Source of the DNA: an uncultured Chloroflexia bacterium
GTDB taxonomy: Bacteria > Chloroflexota > Ktedonobacteria > Ktedonobacterales > JADMIN01
Assembly (NCBI GenBank): GCA_963718915.1
Contig: CAVRAI010000006.1
Location: forward strand, 1 to 32,000
Reading direction: 5' to 3'
DNA: 32,000 nucleotides
Shown: positions 1 to 8,074 of the stretch, one piece after another
Layout of the letters: every line of letters begins with the position of its first letter
How positions within the stretch are numbered: the stretch's first letter is position 1
The notes under the pieces: generated by a model
The model's input: only the letters and a program-made list of their open reading frames with translations
What the model was told of the DNA's origin: nothing
Databases searched by the model: none
Translations under genes and position numbers: made by a program

Positions 1-1
1 T

Positions 2-271
2 GTTGCTCTGCTCGATCTGCCTACCGGCGCGCGGCTGCAGCTGGGCGATGAGGCGATCATCGAGATCACCGGCCTGCGCAACCCCTGCTCGCAACTGGAA
101 AGCATCCAGCGCGGGCTGATGGCGGCGGTGCTGGATCGTGACGCCGAGGGTAATCTCATTCGCAAGGCCGGTGTGATGGCCATCGTCATCACTGGCGGCG
201 TGGTGCGTCCCGACGACACAATCACCGTCGAGCTACCATCCCCACCACACCAGCCATTGCAGCCGATATAG
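2..271 (+). CDS. MOSC domain-containing protein, C-terminal fragment (5' end outside window)
   Basis: Frame 2 is open from the window edge to TAG 269-271. It is absent from the ORF track because no start codon lies in the window. The translation ..EITGLRNPCSQLESIQRGLMAAVLDRDAEGNLIRKAGVMAIVITGGVVRPDDTITVELP resembles the C-terminal part of MOSC/YiiM-type proteins, including the conserved NPC cysteine. Family call is from memory. Confidence 0.55.
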   Translation, partial: VALLDLPTGARLQLGDEAIIEITGLRNPCSQLESIQRGLMAAVLDRDAEGNLIRKAGVMAIVITGGVVRPDDTITVELPSPPHQPLQPI

Positions 272-596
272 AGACGCGCCCAGCAAGGCACATGATTAGC
301 AACCTCGCGGCATAAATGCTGCGGCTACAAGCTATCTCTTAAATGTTGACAAAGCAGTATGAGGATACGGGCGAGATAGACAAAGCCCAGCTAATTGAGC
401 GCATGCCACTCAGAAGCGTCACCGACTCACAACTCACCAATACTTCGACTGAGTCTTAAACGGAATCAATCGAAATATAAGGCAAGGGCAACAGGCAACT
501 GTTTGGAAGAGCACTACTGATTCTGTCACCGCTGGAGATTTCACCCAACTCAATTAGGCGCTAGTTCACACCGCCAGACAGCCCTTTCCGCTGTTG

Positions 597-989
597 CTAT
601 CTGTTACGAACTGTCCACTGATAGCCACAAATGTCACACGTGTAGCTCATGCCTACGGCTCGTGTATGGAGCTTTCTGTCGTTTGCATCGTCCCACCTTA
701 AGATTGGTAGAATGATGAAGCACAATAACGCCCAGATTACGAGCAAAATCACGGCACCATCGATCAAAAAGTAATACAGCCCCGAGGGTTGATATGGATT
801 ACCTGGGCACTGTTCGAAAGGTCCACATATAGCCCCACCCGTTCCATGGCCGTCAATTGTCCCGACCAAAAGTCCAAGCGCGATAGCGATTATGGGTATC
901 AAGAATAGCCACCCCATAGGCACCCACTCTGCAAACCTATACCCTGGGCTATGGCCAGTTGTATACTCGTCAACGACCTCCGATGACAC
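597..989 (-). CDS. hypothetical small membrane protein with C-terminal CxxC zinc-ribbon-like motif
   Basis: 130-aa ORF with two hydrophobic segments (WLFLIPIIAIALGLLVG, VILLVIWALLCFIILPIL) and a C-terminal YTCDICGYQW. It lies in a lower-GC patch (about 272-1017). No family recognised. Confidence 0.45.
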   Translation of the reverse strand: MSSEVVDEYTTGHSPGYRFAEWVPMGWLFLIPIIAIALGLLVGTIDGHGTGGAICGPFEQCPGNPYQPSGLYYFLIDGAVILLVIWALLCFIILPILRWDDANDRKLHTRAVGMSYTCDICGYQWTVRNR

Positions 990-1017
990 TTTGTACCCAC
1001 GACAGTTAGGACACTTA

Positions 1018-1957
1018 GTAACTATCTCAGAACGCTGTCAGGTGCGGTAGACTGTGCTGTGGAAGGGAGTGATGATCAGGCAGGAGGTGAGGGATGGGGC
1101 GACCACGCAAGGTCCGGCCCGATTGGAACGCCATGGCGACGATCTGGACCGTCTCCGATGAGTTATGGGATGTGATTGCCCCAATCCTGGCGAGGCTTGA
1201 TCCGCCGCAGGCGACGGGCCGACCACGCGTGGATGCGCGGCGGACGCTGGATGCAATCATCTTTCGGCTGCGCAGCGGCTGCCAGTGGAACCAGTTGCCG
1301 GAGCGGTTCCCTGATGATAGCTCAGTCCATCGCACCTTCCAGCGCTGGGTGCGTCTGGGCTTTTTCGAGTGCATCTGGGCCACGCTGGTGGACCACTGTG
1401 CCGAGTTGGGTGGGGTGGACTGGGAGTGGCAAGCGGCAGATGCCATGCTGGGCAAGGCCCGGCTGGGGGGGACCTCATTGGCCGCAATCCCACCGATCGC
1501 GGCAAACGCGGAGTGAAGCGCAGCCTGCTGGTCGAGGCGGCTGGCGGCCCACTGGCGGTCGTGATCGCTGGTGCCAATGTCCATGATACCAAGCTGCTCG
1601 CGGCGACGCTGGAGGCAGTTGTGGTGGCGCGACCTCATCCGACCCGGGAGCGGCCACAGCATCTGTGTTTGGATTTGGGCTATGACAATCCGACCGGCGC
1701 CGCGGCGGTGGCAAGCCACCACTACATCCCGCACCTGCGCCGCATCGGCAAGGAGAAGCTCGATCTGGCCACGGGTGAGAAGCGGTTCCCGGCACGTCGC
1801 TGGGTCGTGGAGCGCACGCTGGCCTGGCTCTCGAAGTGCCGCGCGCTGCTCATCCGCTACGACAAGTACGCCGCCAATTTTCGGGGGCTGCTCCAACTGG
1901 CCTGCGCGCTGCTGTGGTTTCGCCGCCTCCATCGCTTGTCCCTTTTGAGATAGTTAC
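1018..1957 (+). mobile_element. IS5-family insertion sequence (IS427/IS1031-like, ~940 bp), apparently complete
   Basis: Perfect 12-bp terminal inverted repeats: GTAACTATCTCA (1018-1029) and TGAGATAGTTAC (1946-1957), extendable to about 15/17. Flanking direct repeat TTA (1015-1017 and 1958-1960), or CTTAG if the boundaries shift by 1 nt. The element encloses the two-frame transposase. Confidence 0.85.
1094..1953 (+). CDS. IS5-family DDE transposase made from OrfA (1094-1516) and OrfB (frame of 1369-1953), joined by a -1 shift at a G7 run
   Basis: OrfA has the DUF4096-like N-terminus (GRPRVDARRTLDAIIFRLRSGCQWNQLPERF..HRTFQRW). OrfB continues ..GGDLIGRNPTDRGKRGVKRSLLV..ANVHD..LDLGYD..RWVVERTLAWL..RYDK. 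Homologues encode this as one polypeptide across ..ARLGG|DLIGRNPTDRG... Frame 2 changes to frame 1 at GGGGGGG 1465-1471. Confidence 0.8.
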
Positions 1958-1960
1958 TTA

Positions 1961-2000
1961 GACCTCACCCCCGACCCCTCTCCTCGTAGGAGAGGGGAGC
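1961..2000 (+). repeat. REP-like hairpin element copy 1
   Basis: gacctcacccccgaCCCCTCTCCtcgtaGGAGAGGGGagc. It directly abuts the right target duplication of the IS. Confidence 0.85.
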
Positions 2001-2035
2001 GCATATGTTGCCGACCGGCAGAATGGTCACCTAGT

Positions 2036-2078
2036 CCCTCCCCTCGCAGGGGAGGGTGGCCGAAGGCCGGGTGAGGTT
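2036..2078 (-). repeat. REP-like hairpin element copy 2 (variant, inverted orientation)
   Basis: CCCTCCCCTcgcAGGGGAGGGtggccgaaggccgggtgaggtt. Same architecture as the other copies, with a longer spacer. Confidence 0.7.
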
Positions 2079-2092
2079 CATCCCTGGCGACA

Positions 2093-2131
2093 GACCTCAC
2101 CCCCGGCCCCTCTCCTACGAGGAGAGGGGAG
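2093..2131 (+). repeat. REP-like hairpin element copy 3
   Basis: gacctcacccccggCCCCTCTCCtacgaGGAGAGGGGag. It ends 19 nt from the stop of the LLM oxidoreductase gene. Confidence 0.85.
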
Positions 2132-2149
2132 TAAAGCGATAGCGGCGTT

Positions 2150-3085
2150 TCACTGGCGCAGCAATGGTATGACTTCCTGGACGAACAGGTTCAGGCCGTC
2201 CATCGAAGGGAAATCGATGATGCGGATGATCAGACGTTCCACACCGAGATCCACGAAGGGCTTGATCTGCTCCGCAACCTGGCGCGGCGTGCCAATGATC
2301 ACATCTTTCTGATAGGGCGAGGTCGCCGCGATCTGTTGGGCGGCGTCTTCCGTCTCGGCGATAGCGATGGCCTCTGGGGACCACGTTTTGACGATGTCAT
2401 CAAAATCGCGCCCTACCGCCTGACAATGCTGGCGCAACACCTCCAGCTTGTGGGCGTAGTTTTCCAGCGTGCCGCCGGGCAGGTTCCACCAATCCGCATA
2501 GCGGGCGACGACACGCAGCGTCTTCTGCTCGCCACCGCCGCCGATCAAAATGGGAGGTATCGGGTCAGGCAGCGGCGCGCAATAGGCGTTGTCGATCTGA
2601 TAGTATTTGCCCGCGAAACTGGCGGGCGACTGCGTCCACAGCAGTTTGACGATCTGGATGGCTTCTTCCATCTGATCGACGCGCGCGGATGGCGCGGGAA
2701 AGTCAAAGTGATAGGCCTGATATTCCTCTTGCATCCAGCCCGCCCCGATGCCAAAGAGGAAACGACCGCCAGTGAGCCATTGAAGGTTGGCCGTCATCTT
2801 GGCCATCAAGGCCGGGTTGCGGTACGACTGGCACAAGACGCTGCTACCAAATTGAAGATCTGGGTACAGCGGGGCCAGATAGGCAATCGTCGTCAAACAT
2901 TCCAGGTAGGGTGTGTCATTGGGCAACCAGGATGAGCCAGGAACGACATGGTCATCAACCCAGACGGAGTCAAAGTGCGGCTGGAGATGCGCCAATGCAT
3001 GCCGAAGTTGATCGAGAAAGACGCCAGCATCGCTGCCATCGACCGGGCAAGAGGGCATGTGCCACCCAAAGCGCAGATCACCCAT
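2150..3085 (-). CDS. LLM-class (luciferase-like) flavin/F420-dependent oxidoreductase
   Basis: The track ORF 2150-3229 is trimmed to ATG 3085 (MGDLRFGWHMP..), which follows GAGGAG with an 8-nt spacer. About 311 aa with typical LLM features (FDSVWVDDH, RFLFGIGAGW..EY, PPILIGGGGE). The F420 subclass is inferred. Confidence 0.8.
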   Translation of the reverse strand: MGDLRFGWHMPSCPVDGSDAGVFLDQLRHALAHLQPHFDSVWVDDHVVPGSSWLPNDTPYLECLTTIAYLAPLYPDLQFGSSVLCQSYRNPALMAKMTANLQWLTGGRFLFGIGAGWMQEEYQAYHFDFPAPSARVDQMEEAIQIVKLLWTQSPASFAGKYYQIDNAYCAPLPDPIPPILIGGGGEQKTLRVVARYADWWNLPGGTLENYAHKLEVLRQHCQAVGRDFDDIVKTWSPEAIAIAETEDAAQQIAATSPYQKDVIIGTPRQVAEQIKPFVDLGVERLIIRIIDFPSMDGLNLFVQEVIPLLRQ

Positions 3086-3220
3086 GAAACTTGTCTCCTC
3101 TAGAATCTTCCCAGATACCCTCGTGCGGCGCCTCGCTTCCCTGCCAGGAATGCCGAACGAACAGGAATAGCCAGAGCCTTGTGTGGTTTTACTATGTACG
3201 ATGGACCGCCACGGCGGCTG

Positions 3221-3393
3221 GCGGTTCAAACCGCGCCTTGAGGGCCTCGCTGTGCACGCTCCGCCACGAAACCCGCCTGCGCGGGTTGCAGAGCCGCTCG
3301 CCAGCGGGTCTCGTGTTGGAACAGGGTCTGGGAGTGGGAGTCCGCGACGGCGGACTTGGTGGCCGCAGGCCCTTCAGGCGTGGTTTGAACCGC
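3221..3393. repeat. 12-bp inverted repeat pair (GCGGTTCAAACC 3221-3232 / GGTTTGAACCGC 3382-3393) enclosing GC-rich hairpins
   Basis: Read directly from the sequence. The interior contains AACCCGC-ctgc-GCGGGTT. The pair lies in the 525-bp gap between the LLM gene and the ABC operon. Confidence 0.6.
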
Positions 3394-3508
3394 CCGCGCT
3401 GCCCAGCGCATGCCCCTCATATTTTCTAAAACGGCAATCATGCCGCGAAGTTGGACCGTCGCATACCTCGCCCACACATCGCTTTTTGCCTTCAGTATGG
3501 CACACCTT

Positions 3509-3537
3509 GATGACAGCAAGATGACAGTTGGTGTCAT
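3509..3537 (+). promoter_or_regulatory. candidate operator: GATGACAG direct repeat (3509-3516, 3520-3527) plus palindrome ATGACA-gttgg-TGTCAT (3521-3537)
   Basis: Seen in sequence about 75 nt upstream of the ABC ATPase start, in an AT-richer stretch. The cognate regulator is unknown. Confidence 0.25.
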
Positions 3538-3609
3538 GTGGCGGTCATCTCGGACGGCTACAGTGGCCTTCGCAGGCTTACATTCCCTGCCGCGAAGGAG
3601 AATGCTCAT

Positions 3610-4515
3610 ATGACAAACGCGAATCTTGCGCTGGAGGCAGAGACGCTGGGGAGGCGCTACGGGCGCACCTGGGCGCTGCGCGACTGCTCGTTCCAGCTTC
3701 CCGCCGGGCGGGTGGCGGCGCTCGTCGGCCCGAATGGCGCGGGCAAGACGACCCTGCTGCATCTGGCGGTGGGACTGCTCACCCCGACGACTGGCAGCGT
3801 GCGGGTGTTTGGCGCGCCGCCACAGAACGCTCGCCCGCGCCTCGGCTTCGTCGCCCAGGATCATCCGCTCTACCGCACCTTCAGCGTGGCCGAGACGCTG
3901 ACGCTGGGCCGCAAGCTGAATCCTCACTGGGACGACGCGCTGGCCAAGACGCGACTGCAACGGCTCGGCATCCCGCTGAATCGCCCGGTGGGCAAGCTCT
4001 CCGGCGGACAACAGGCGCAACTGGCGCTGACGCTCGCCCTGGCCAAGCAGCCCGATCTGCTGCTGCTGGATGAGCCAGTCGCCAGCCTCGATCCGCTGGC
4101 ACGACGCGATTTTCTGCGGGCGCTGGCCGAGATTGGCGAGGAGGGCCGCGTGACTGTGCTGCTCTCCTCGCACATCATCGCCGACCTGGAGCGGGTCTGC
4201 GACTACCTTATCATCCTCTCGGCGGCGCGGGTGCAGCTTGTCGGCGAGATCAGCGAGATCGTGCGTACGCACAAACGGCTGACCGCGTCCCGCCGCGCGC
4301 CAGGGGCCATCGCGGGTGTCGCCGCCATTGTGGAAGAGTATGCGACGCCACGGCAGACACAACTGCTCGCGCGTACCGATGGCCCGCTAACCGATGGCGC
4401 CTGGGAGGTGGCAGACGTGAGCCTCGAAGAGATCGTGCTGGCGTATCTCGGACAATCGAGCGAGACGGCGACCGCGCGCGTCGATGTCGCGGCGGAGATG
4501 GAGGTGTCCCAGTGA
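3610..4515 (+). CDS. ABC transporter ATP-binding protein (ABC-2/DrrA-like)
   Basis: The track ORF is trimmed to ATG 3610 (GAAGGAG 7 nt upstream). Walker A GPNGAGKTT, signature LSGGQQ, Walker B LLLLDEP, H-loop SSH. Confidence 0.9.
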   Translation: MTNANLALEAETLGRRYGRTWALRDCSFQLPAGRVAALVGPNGAGKTTLLHLAVGLLTPTTGSVRVFGAPPQNARPRLGFVAQDHPLYRTFSVAETLTLGRKLNPHWDDALAKTRLQRLGIPLNRPVGKLSGGQQAQLALTLALAKQPDLLLLDEPVASLDPLARRDFLRALAEIGEEGRVTVLLSSHIIADLERVCDYLIILSAARVQLVGEISEIVRTHKRLTASRRAPGAIAGVAAIVEEYATPRQTQLLARTDGPLTDGAWEVADVSLEEIVLAYLGQSSETATARVDVAAEMEVSQ

Positions 4516-5483
4516 TCTGGCTGACCTGGCGGCAACACCGCGCCGCGATTGTGACGATTGCCCTGGTAGTGGCAATCCTGGGAACCATTTTCATCGTAAC
4601 CGGCCAACAGATGGCCGATGCATTTCAGCAGCTTGGTGTCGCCGATTGCCTGGCGCATCCGACCCATCCCAACTGCGGCGATATCGTCGGCTCGTTTCGC
4701 GACCAGTATGGCGCGTTCATCGCGGCGTCGGGCTGGCTGAGTCTGCTGCCCGCGATTCTGGGGATGCTGGTCGGCGCGCCGCTGGTGGCGCGCGAGCTGG
4801 AACACGGCACACACCGCCTCGTCTGGACGCAGAGTATCTCAGCGGGCCGCTGGTTGGCCATCAAGCTGGCGATCCTCTTCGCCGTGACCATTGCCGCCAC
4901 TATCATCATAACCGCGCTGATGTCCTGGTGGCATGCGACCTCCTGGAGCCAGCTCGACGGGCATATGAATCCGCTGATGTATGACTTCGAGGGCATCGTC
5001 CCACTGGCGTATACCGTCTTCGCCTTGGCACTGGGCATCGCGGCGGGTGTGCTGCTTCGGCGGGTTGTCCCGGCGGTTGCGGTGGCGTTGGTCGGATTCC
5101 TGGCGGTGCGGCTCCCGATGGAGTTTCTGCTACGGGCGCGTTTTCAGCCGCCACTGACATACACCCAGGACATCCTGACGGTGCTCTCGCCGACGACGCA
5201 GACGCCGCTGCATGGCGCGTGGAATCTGGGAGAGGGATGGATAGACGGTGCGGGCCACCCGCTTGCCGATTCGGCGGTCTTCCAGGCCTGTGATCCGCGT
5301 GTAGGCGGCACCAAACTGGATCTCTTTCAGTGCATCCACAACCACGGTTGGCTCGCCTTCACGACCTACCAGCCCGCCGACCGCTTCTGGCCGTTCCAGG
5401 GAATTGAGGCGGGCATCCTGTTGGCGCTGGCGGTTGGGCTGCTGGCGCTGGCGATCTGGTGGGTGCGCAAACGTATCGCGTGA
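4512..5483 (+). CDS. ABC-2 type transporter permease
   Basis: The GTG start overlaps the ATPase stop (GTGA, 4512-4515). There are multiple hydrophobic spans and an extracytoplasmic loop after TM1. The stop lies 3 nt before a REP-like element. Confidence 0.8.
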   Translation: MIWLTWRQHRAAIVTIALVVAILGTIFIVTGQQMADAFQQLGVADCLAHPTHPNCGDIVGSFRDQYGAFIAASGWLSLLPAILGMLVGAPLVARELEHGTHRLVWTQSISAGRWLAIKLAILFAVTIAATIIITALMSWWHATSWSQLDGHMNPLMYDFEGIVPLAYTVFALALGIAAGVLLRRVVPAVAVALVGFLAVRLPMEFLLRARFQPPLTYTQDILTVLSPTTQTPLHGAWNLGEGWIDGAGHPLADSAVFQACDPRVGGTKLDLFQCIHNHGWLAFTTYQPADRFWPFQGIEAGILLALAVGLLALAIWWVRKRIA

Positions 5484-5486
5484 GGG

Positions 5487-5525
5487 GACCTCACCCCCTA
5501 CTCCCTCTCCCACGGGGAGAGGGGC
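5487..5525 (+). repeat. REP-like hairpin element copy 4
   Basis: gacctcaccccctactCCCTCTCCcacgGGGAGAGGGgc. Confidence 0.85.
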
Positions 5526-5558
5526 CGCAAACGAACACTCTAGCGCTGAGGGACGTCC

Positions 5559-5580
5559 GGCTCTGGCTCTGGCTCTGGCT
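5559..5580. repeat. hexanucleotide microsatellite (GGCTCT) x3.7
   Basis: ggctctggctctggctctggct, lying between REP copies 4 and 5. Confidence 0.8.
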
Positions 5581-5617
5581 CCCCTCTCCTCGCAGGAGAG
5601 GGGCTGGGGGTGAGGTC
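5581..5617 (-). repeat. REP-like hairpin element copy 5 (inverted orientation)
   Basis: cccctctcctcgcaggagaggggctgggggtgaggtc. This 37-mer is identical to copy 7 (15053-15089). Confidence 0.9.
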
Positions 5618-5654
5618 TGCCCAAATGCCAACACTGGCAGCGAGCGTCGCGGAA

Positions 5655-7895
5655 TTACTCGTCGCGCTGGAGCGCGGCGCGCACGAGACGAATCTCCGCA
5701 TAGCTGATATCCTCGCCGACGATCTCCTTCACCGGAGTGAGTGCCGCGAAACCAACCTCGGCAAAGGCGTCGGCAATGCGGCGATAGTGATCGTCGGGCA
5801 CCAGGTCGTGCAGGTCAATCTCCTCGCCTTCCTCGATCAGCTTGCGGAGGTGGGTAACTATGGTATCTTGCGTCAGTTGGCGCATTGTGGCCATCTGCTC
5901 CAGGCCGAACCCGGCACGGTAGAGGCGCAGCGTCTCCTGCATCGTAGATGTTTTGGCCGGTGTTGTTCCCCAGCGTCGCTCGCCTTCTCTCGCCAGCGAT
6001 GCCCGCTGTTCCGGCGCGGCGGAGAGGCCGTGTGTCTCGCAGAAACGGCCGATGGCGCGGACGAAGCGCTCGCCGTAGGCGTCCAGTTTGCGACTGCCAA
6101 CGCCAGGCACGCGCGCGAAGGCATCCAGCGTGCGCGGGCAGAGCAGCGCCATCGCGCGCAGACTCGCATCGGAGAAGACGACGAAGGAGGCAACCTCCTG
6201 CTCCCCGGCAATCTCGCGGCGCAGCGCGCGCAACTCCGCAAAAAGCTGCTGGCGTACCGGGTCCAGCGCCTCCTCTGGCACGCCACGACCCACGCGGCTA
6301 TCCCGGCTATCCCGGCCAGTGACCGGCATTGGCGCAATCTCAAAGCGCCGTTGACCGCGCAGCACCTCCCACGAGGTGGGATTGAGCCGCAGAACGGGAT
6401 AGTTGCCCCCTTCGCCGCTCCAGCTCTCCACCAGCCCCTGCTGGGCCAGCGCGCGGCCAAGGCGCTGCCACTCCGCCGTCGGGTAGTCGCGCCCGATGCC
6501 ATAGACCGAGAGTTGGTGGTGGTCGTTTGAGAGAATTCTCTGCGTGTTCGCGCCGCGCAGCACATCCGCCACGTGGCGCATGCCGAAGCGCTGGCCAGTC
6601 TTCGCCACGGCGGAAAGGAACTTCTGCGCGTCCACGGTGCGATCTTCGGGCGCGGCGCGTGTCCCCAGGCACACGTCACACGCGCCGCAGTTCTCGCCTG
6701 GTAACTCCTCCCCGAAGTAGGCGAGCAGCGTGGCACGACGGCAGACGGTACCCTCGCAATAGGCCACGACCTGCGCCAGTTGCTCGCGGGCCACTTGTTG
6801 CTCCTGCGGCTCGCTCTTCTGGGCAATCATGTATTCGATCTTGGCGCGGTCGCCATAGGCATAAAAGATGACGCAGCGCGCGGGGTCGCCGTCACGCCCG
6901 CCGCGGCCTGATTCCTGATAGTAGCTTTCCAGGCTGCGTGGCAGGTCATAGTGGATAACGGCGCGCACGTCGGGTTTGCCGATGCCCATGCCAAAGGCGA
7001 TGGTGGCGACCAGCACAGGCACGTCGTCGCGAATGAAGCGGCTCTGATACTCGGTGCGCTCCTCCGGCGACAGCCCGGCATGGTAGGGCAGCGCGCGGAT
7101 ACCATCGCGCGAGAGGCGTTCGCTCAGTTGCTCCACCGAGCGCCGACTCTGGCAGTAGATGATGACGGGGGCGTCGCCCGCTGATCCGCCAATCTCACGG
7201 AGCAGACTTACCAGCTCAGCATAGGAATGTCGGTGCTTGGCGCGCACATCGTAGAAGAGGTTGGGTCGGTTGAAACTGGCGACGTGCAGGTATGGCTCTC
7301 TCAGTTGCAGTTGCGCGAGGATGTCTTGCCGGACGCGCTCGGTGGCGGTAGCCGTCAGCGCGAGCATGGGAACGGCAGGGAAGCGCTGGCGCAGGCGGTT
7401 GAGCTGGCGATACTCGGGGCGGAAGTCGTGGCCCCACTCGCTGACGCAGTGCGCCTCGTCCACGGCGAAGAGGGCGATGCCCGGCCCAGCGGCCACGCGG
7501 TTCAGCAGCGCGAGGAAACTCTCGCCCAGCAGCCGCTCTGGGGCGACGTAGAGCAGCTTATAATCGCCGCGCATGGCCGCCTGTTCGCGCCGTGCTCGCT
7601 CCGTCGGGTTCAGTGCGCTATTGACGAAGGTCGCGGGGATGCCGTTGGCCTCCAGCCGCTCTACCTGATCCTGCATGAGGGCGATGAGCGGCGAGATGAC
7701 CACGGTCAGCCCTGGCCGCAGCAGCGCGGGTAGCTGATAGGTGAGTGATTTGCCGCCGCCGGTAGGCATCAGCACAAGCGCATCGCGCCCAGCCAGCGCC
7801 ATATCCACGATTTGCCGCTGACCCGGCCAAAACGCTGTGTGGCCGAAGTGGGTCTTGAGCGCCTGCTCTATTGAATCCATGTCGTTTTCCGCCAT
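5655..7895 (-). CDS. recQ: ATP-dependent DNA helicase RecQ with HRDC domain and an extra C-terminal HTH_40-like domain
   Basis: Motifs FWPGQRQIV, MPTGGGKSL, DEAHCVSEWGHDFRPEY, LALTATA, cysteine cluster C..C..C..C, and an HRDC-like region. The last ~110 aa (..LEQMATMRQLTQDTIVTHLRKLIEEG..) look like the HTH_40 tail. The track start 7988 reads through a REP element, so I trimmed to ATG 7895 (ATG 7880 is also possible). Confidence 0.9.
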   Translation of the reverse strand: MAENDMDSIEQALKTHFGHTAFWPGQRQIVDMALAGRDALVLMPTGGGKSLTYQLPALLRPGLTVVISPLIALMQDQVERLEANGIPATFVNSALNPTERARREQAAMRGDYKLLYVAPERLLGESFLALLNRVAAGPGIALFAVDEAHCVSEWGHDFRPEYRQLNRLRQRFPAVPMLALTATATERVRQDILAQLQLREPYLHVASFNRPNLFYDVRAKHRHSYAELVSLLREIGGSAGDAPVIIYCQSRRSVEQLSERLSRDGIRALPYHAGLSPEERTEYQSRFIRDDVPVLVATIAFGMGIGKPDVRAVIHYDLPRSLESYYQESGRGGRDGDPARCVIFYAYGDRAKIEYMIAQKSEPQEQQVAREQLAQVVAYCEGTVCRRATLLAYFGEELPGENCGACDVCLGTRAAPEDRTVDAQKFLSAVAKTGQRFGMRHVADVLRGANTQRILSNDHHQLSVYGIGRDYPTAEWQRLGRALAQQGLVESWSGEGGNYPVLRLNPTSWEVLRGQRRFEIAPMPVTGRDSRDSRVGRGVPEEALDPVRQQLFAELRALRREIAGEQEVASFVVFSDASLRAMALLCPRTLDAFARVPGVGSRKLDAYGERFVRAIGRFCETHGLSAAPEQRASLAREGERRWGTTPAKTSTMQETLRLYRAGFGLEQMATMRQLTQDTIVTHLRKLIEEGEEIDLHDLVPDDHYRRIADAFAEVGFAALTPVKEIVGEDISYAEIRLVRAALQRDE

Positions 7896-7928
7896 GTGGG
7901 TAGTCAATGGTGTGTTGCGCGATCCCCG

Positions 7929-7970
7929 GACCTCACCCCCCAGCCCCCTCTCCCACAGGAGAGGGGGAGC
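7929..7970 (+). repeat. REP-like hairpin element copy 6
   Basis: gacctcaccccccagCCCCCTCTCCcacaGGAGAGGGGGagc, just upstream of recQ on its coding strand. Confidence 0.85.
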
Positions 7971-7989
7971 CAGAGTGGTCGCGTACATC

Positions 7990-8018
7990 TATTCTCTACC
8001 CTGTATTCTCTACCCTGC
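7990..8018. repeat. 14-bp tandem duplication (ATTCTCTACCCTGY x2)
   Basis: 7991-8004 and 8005-8018 differ only at the last base. The repeat lies about 100 nt upstream of recQ. Confidence 0.8.
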
Positions 8019-8074
8019 GCGGGCAAATGGGTACCAGGCGGCCCGTATTGGCTATCGAGCTATTGGGCAGCCGC

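Noticed and set aside
1027-1932. 301-aa ORF on the minus strand spanning almost the whole IS element
   Set aside because: It is antisense to a transposase with clear family motifs. Its composition is Arg/Ala/Pro/Gly-rich, typical of stop-poor antisense frames in high-GC DNA.
1961-2131. Could the clustered hairpin repeats be a CRISPR array?
   Set aside because: There are only three copies, in mixed orientation, with irregular spacing (36 and 14 bp gaps). The same element is dispersed singly across the window, and no cas genes are present.
3216-3240. GGTTCAAACC resembles a tRNA T-loop
   Set aside because: No acceptor, D or anticodon arms can be built around it. The motif recurs inverted 150 bp away, which suggests a repeat rather than a tRNA.
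3226-4362. 378-aa minus-strand ORF
   Set aside because: Most of it is antisense to the ABC ATPase, which has Walker A/B and signature motifs. Only its 3' ~100 codons (3226-3540) lie in intergenic DNA. I could not assign these, and I list them under a finding rather than as a gene.
5610-6826. Long alternative-frame ORFs inside recQ (5610-6530 +, 5873-6826 -, and others)
   Set aside because: recQ has unambiguous helicase motifs in its own frame. The others have low-complexity Arg/Ala/Pro compositions.
7896-7988. N-terminal ORF extensions in the track (recQ to 7988; also 3086-3229, 17789-18463, 19042-19248, 23282-23524, 24017-24064, 13577-13699)
   Set aside because: The extensions read through REP elements, the neighbouring gene or intergenic DNA. 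Internal start codons with good SD sequences fit homologue lengths better.
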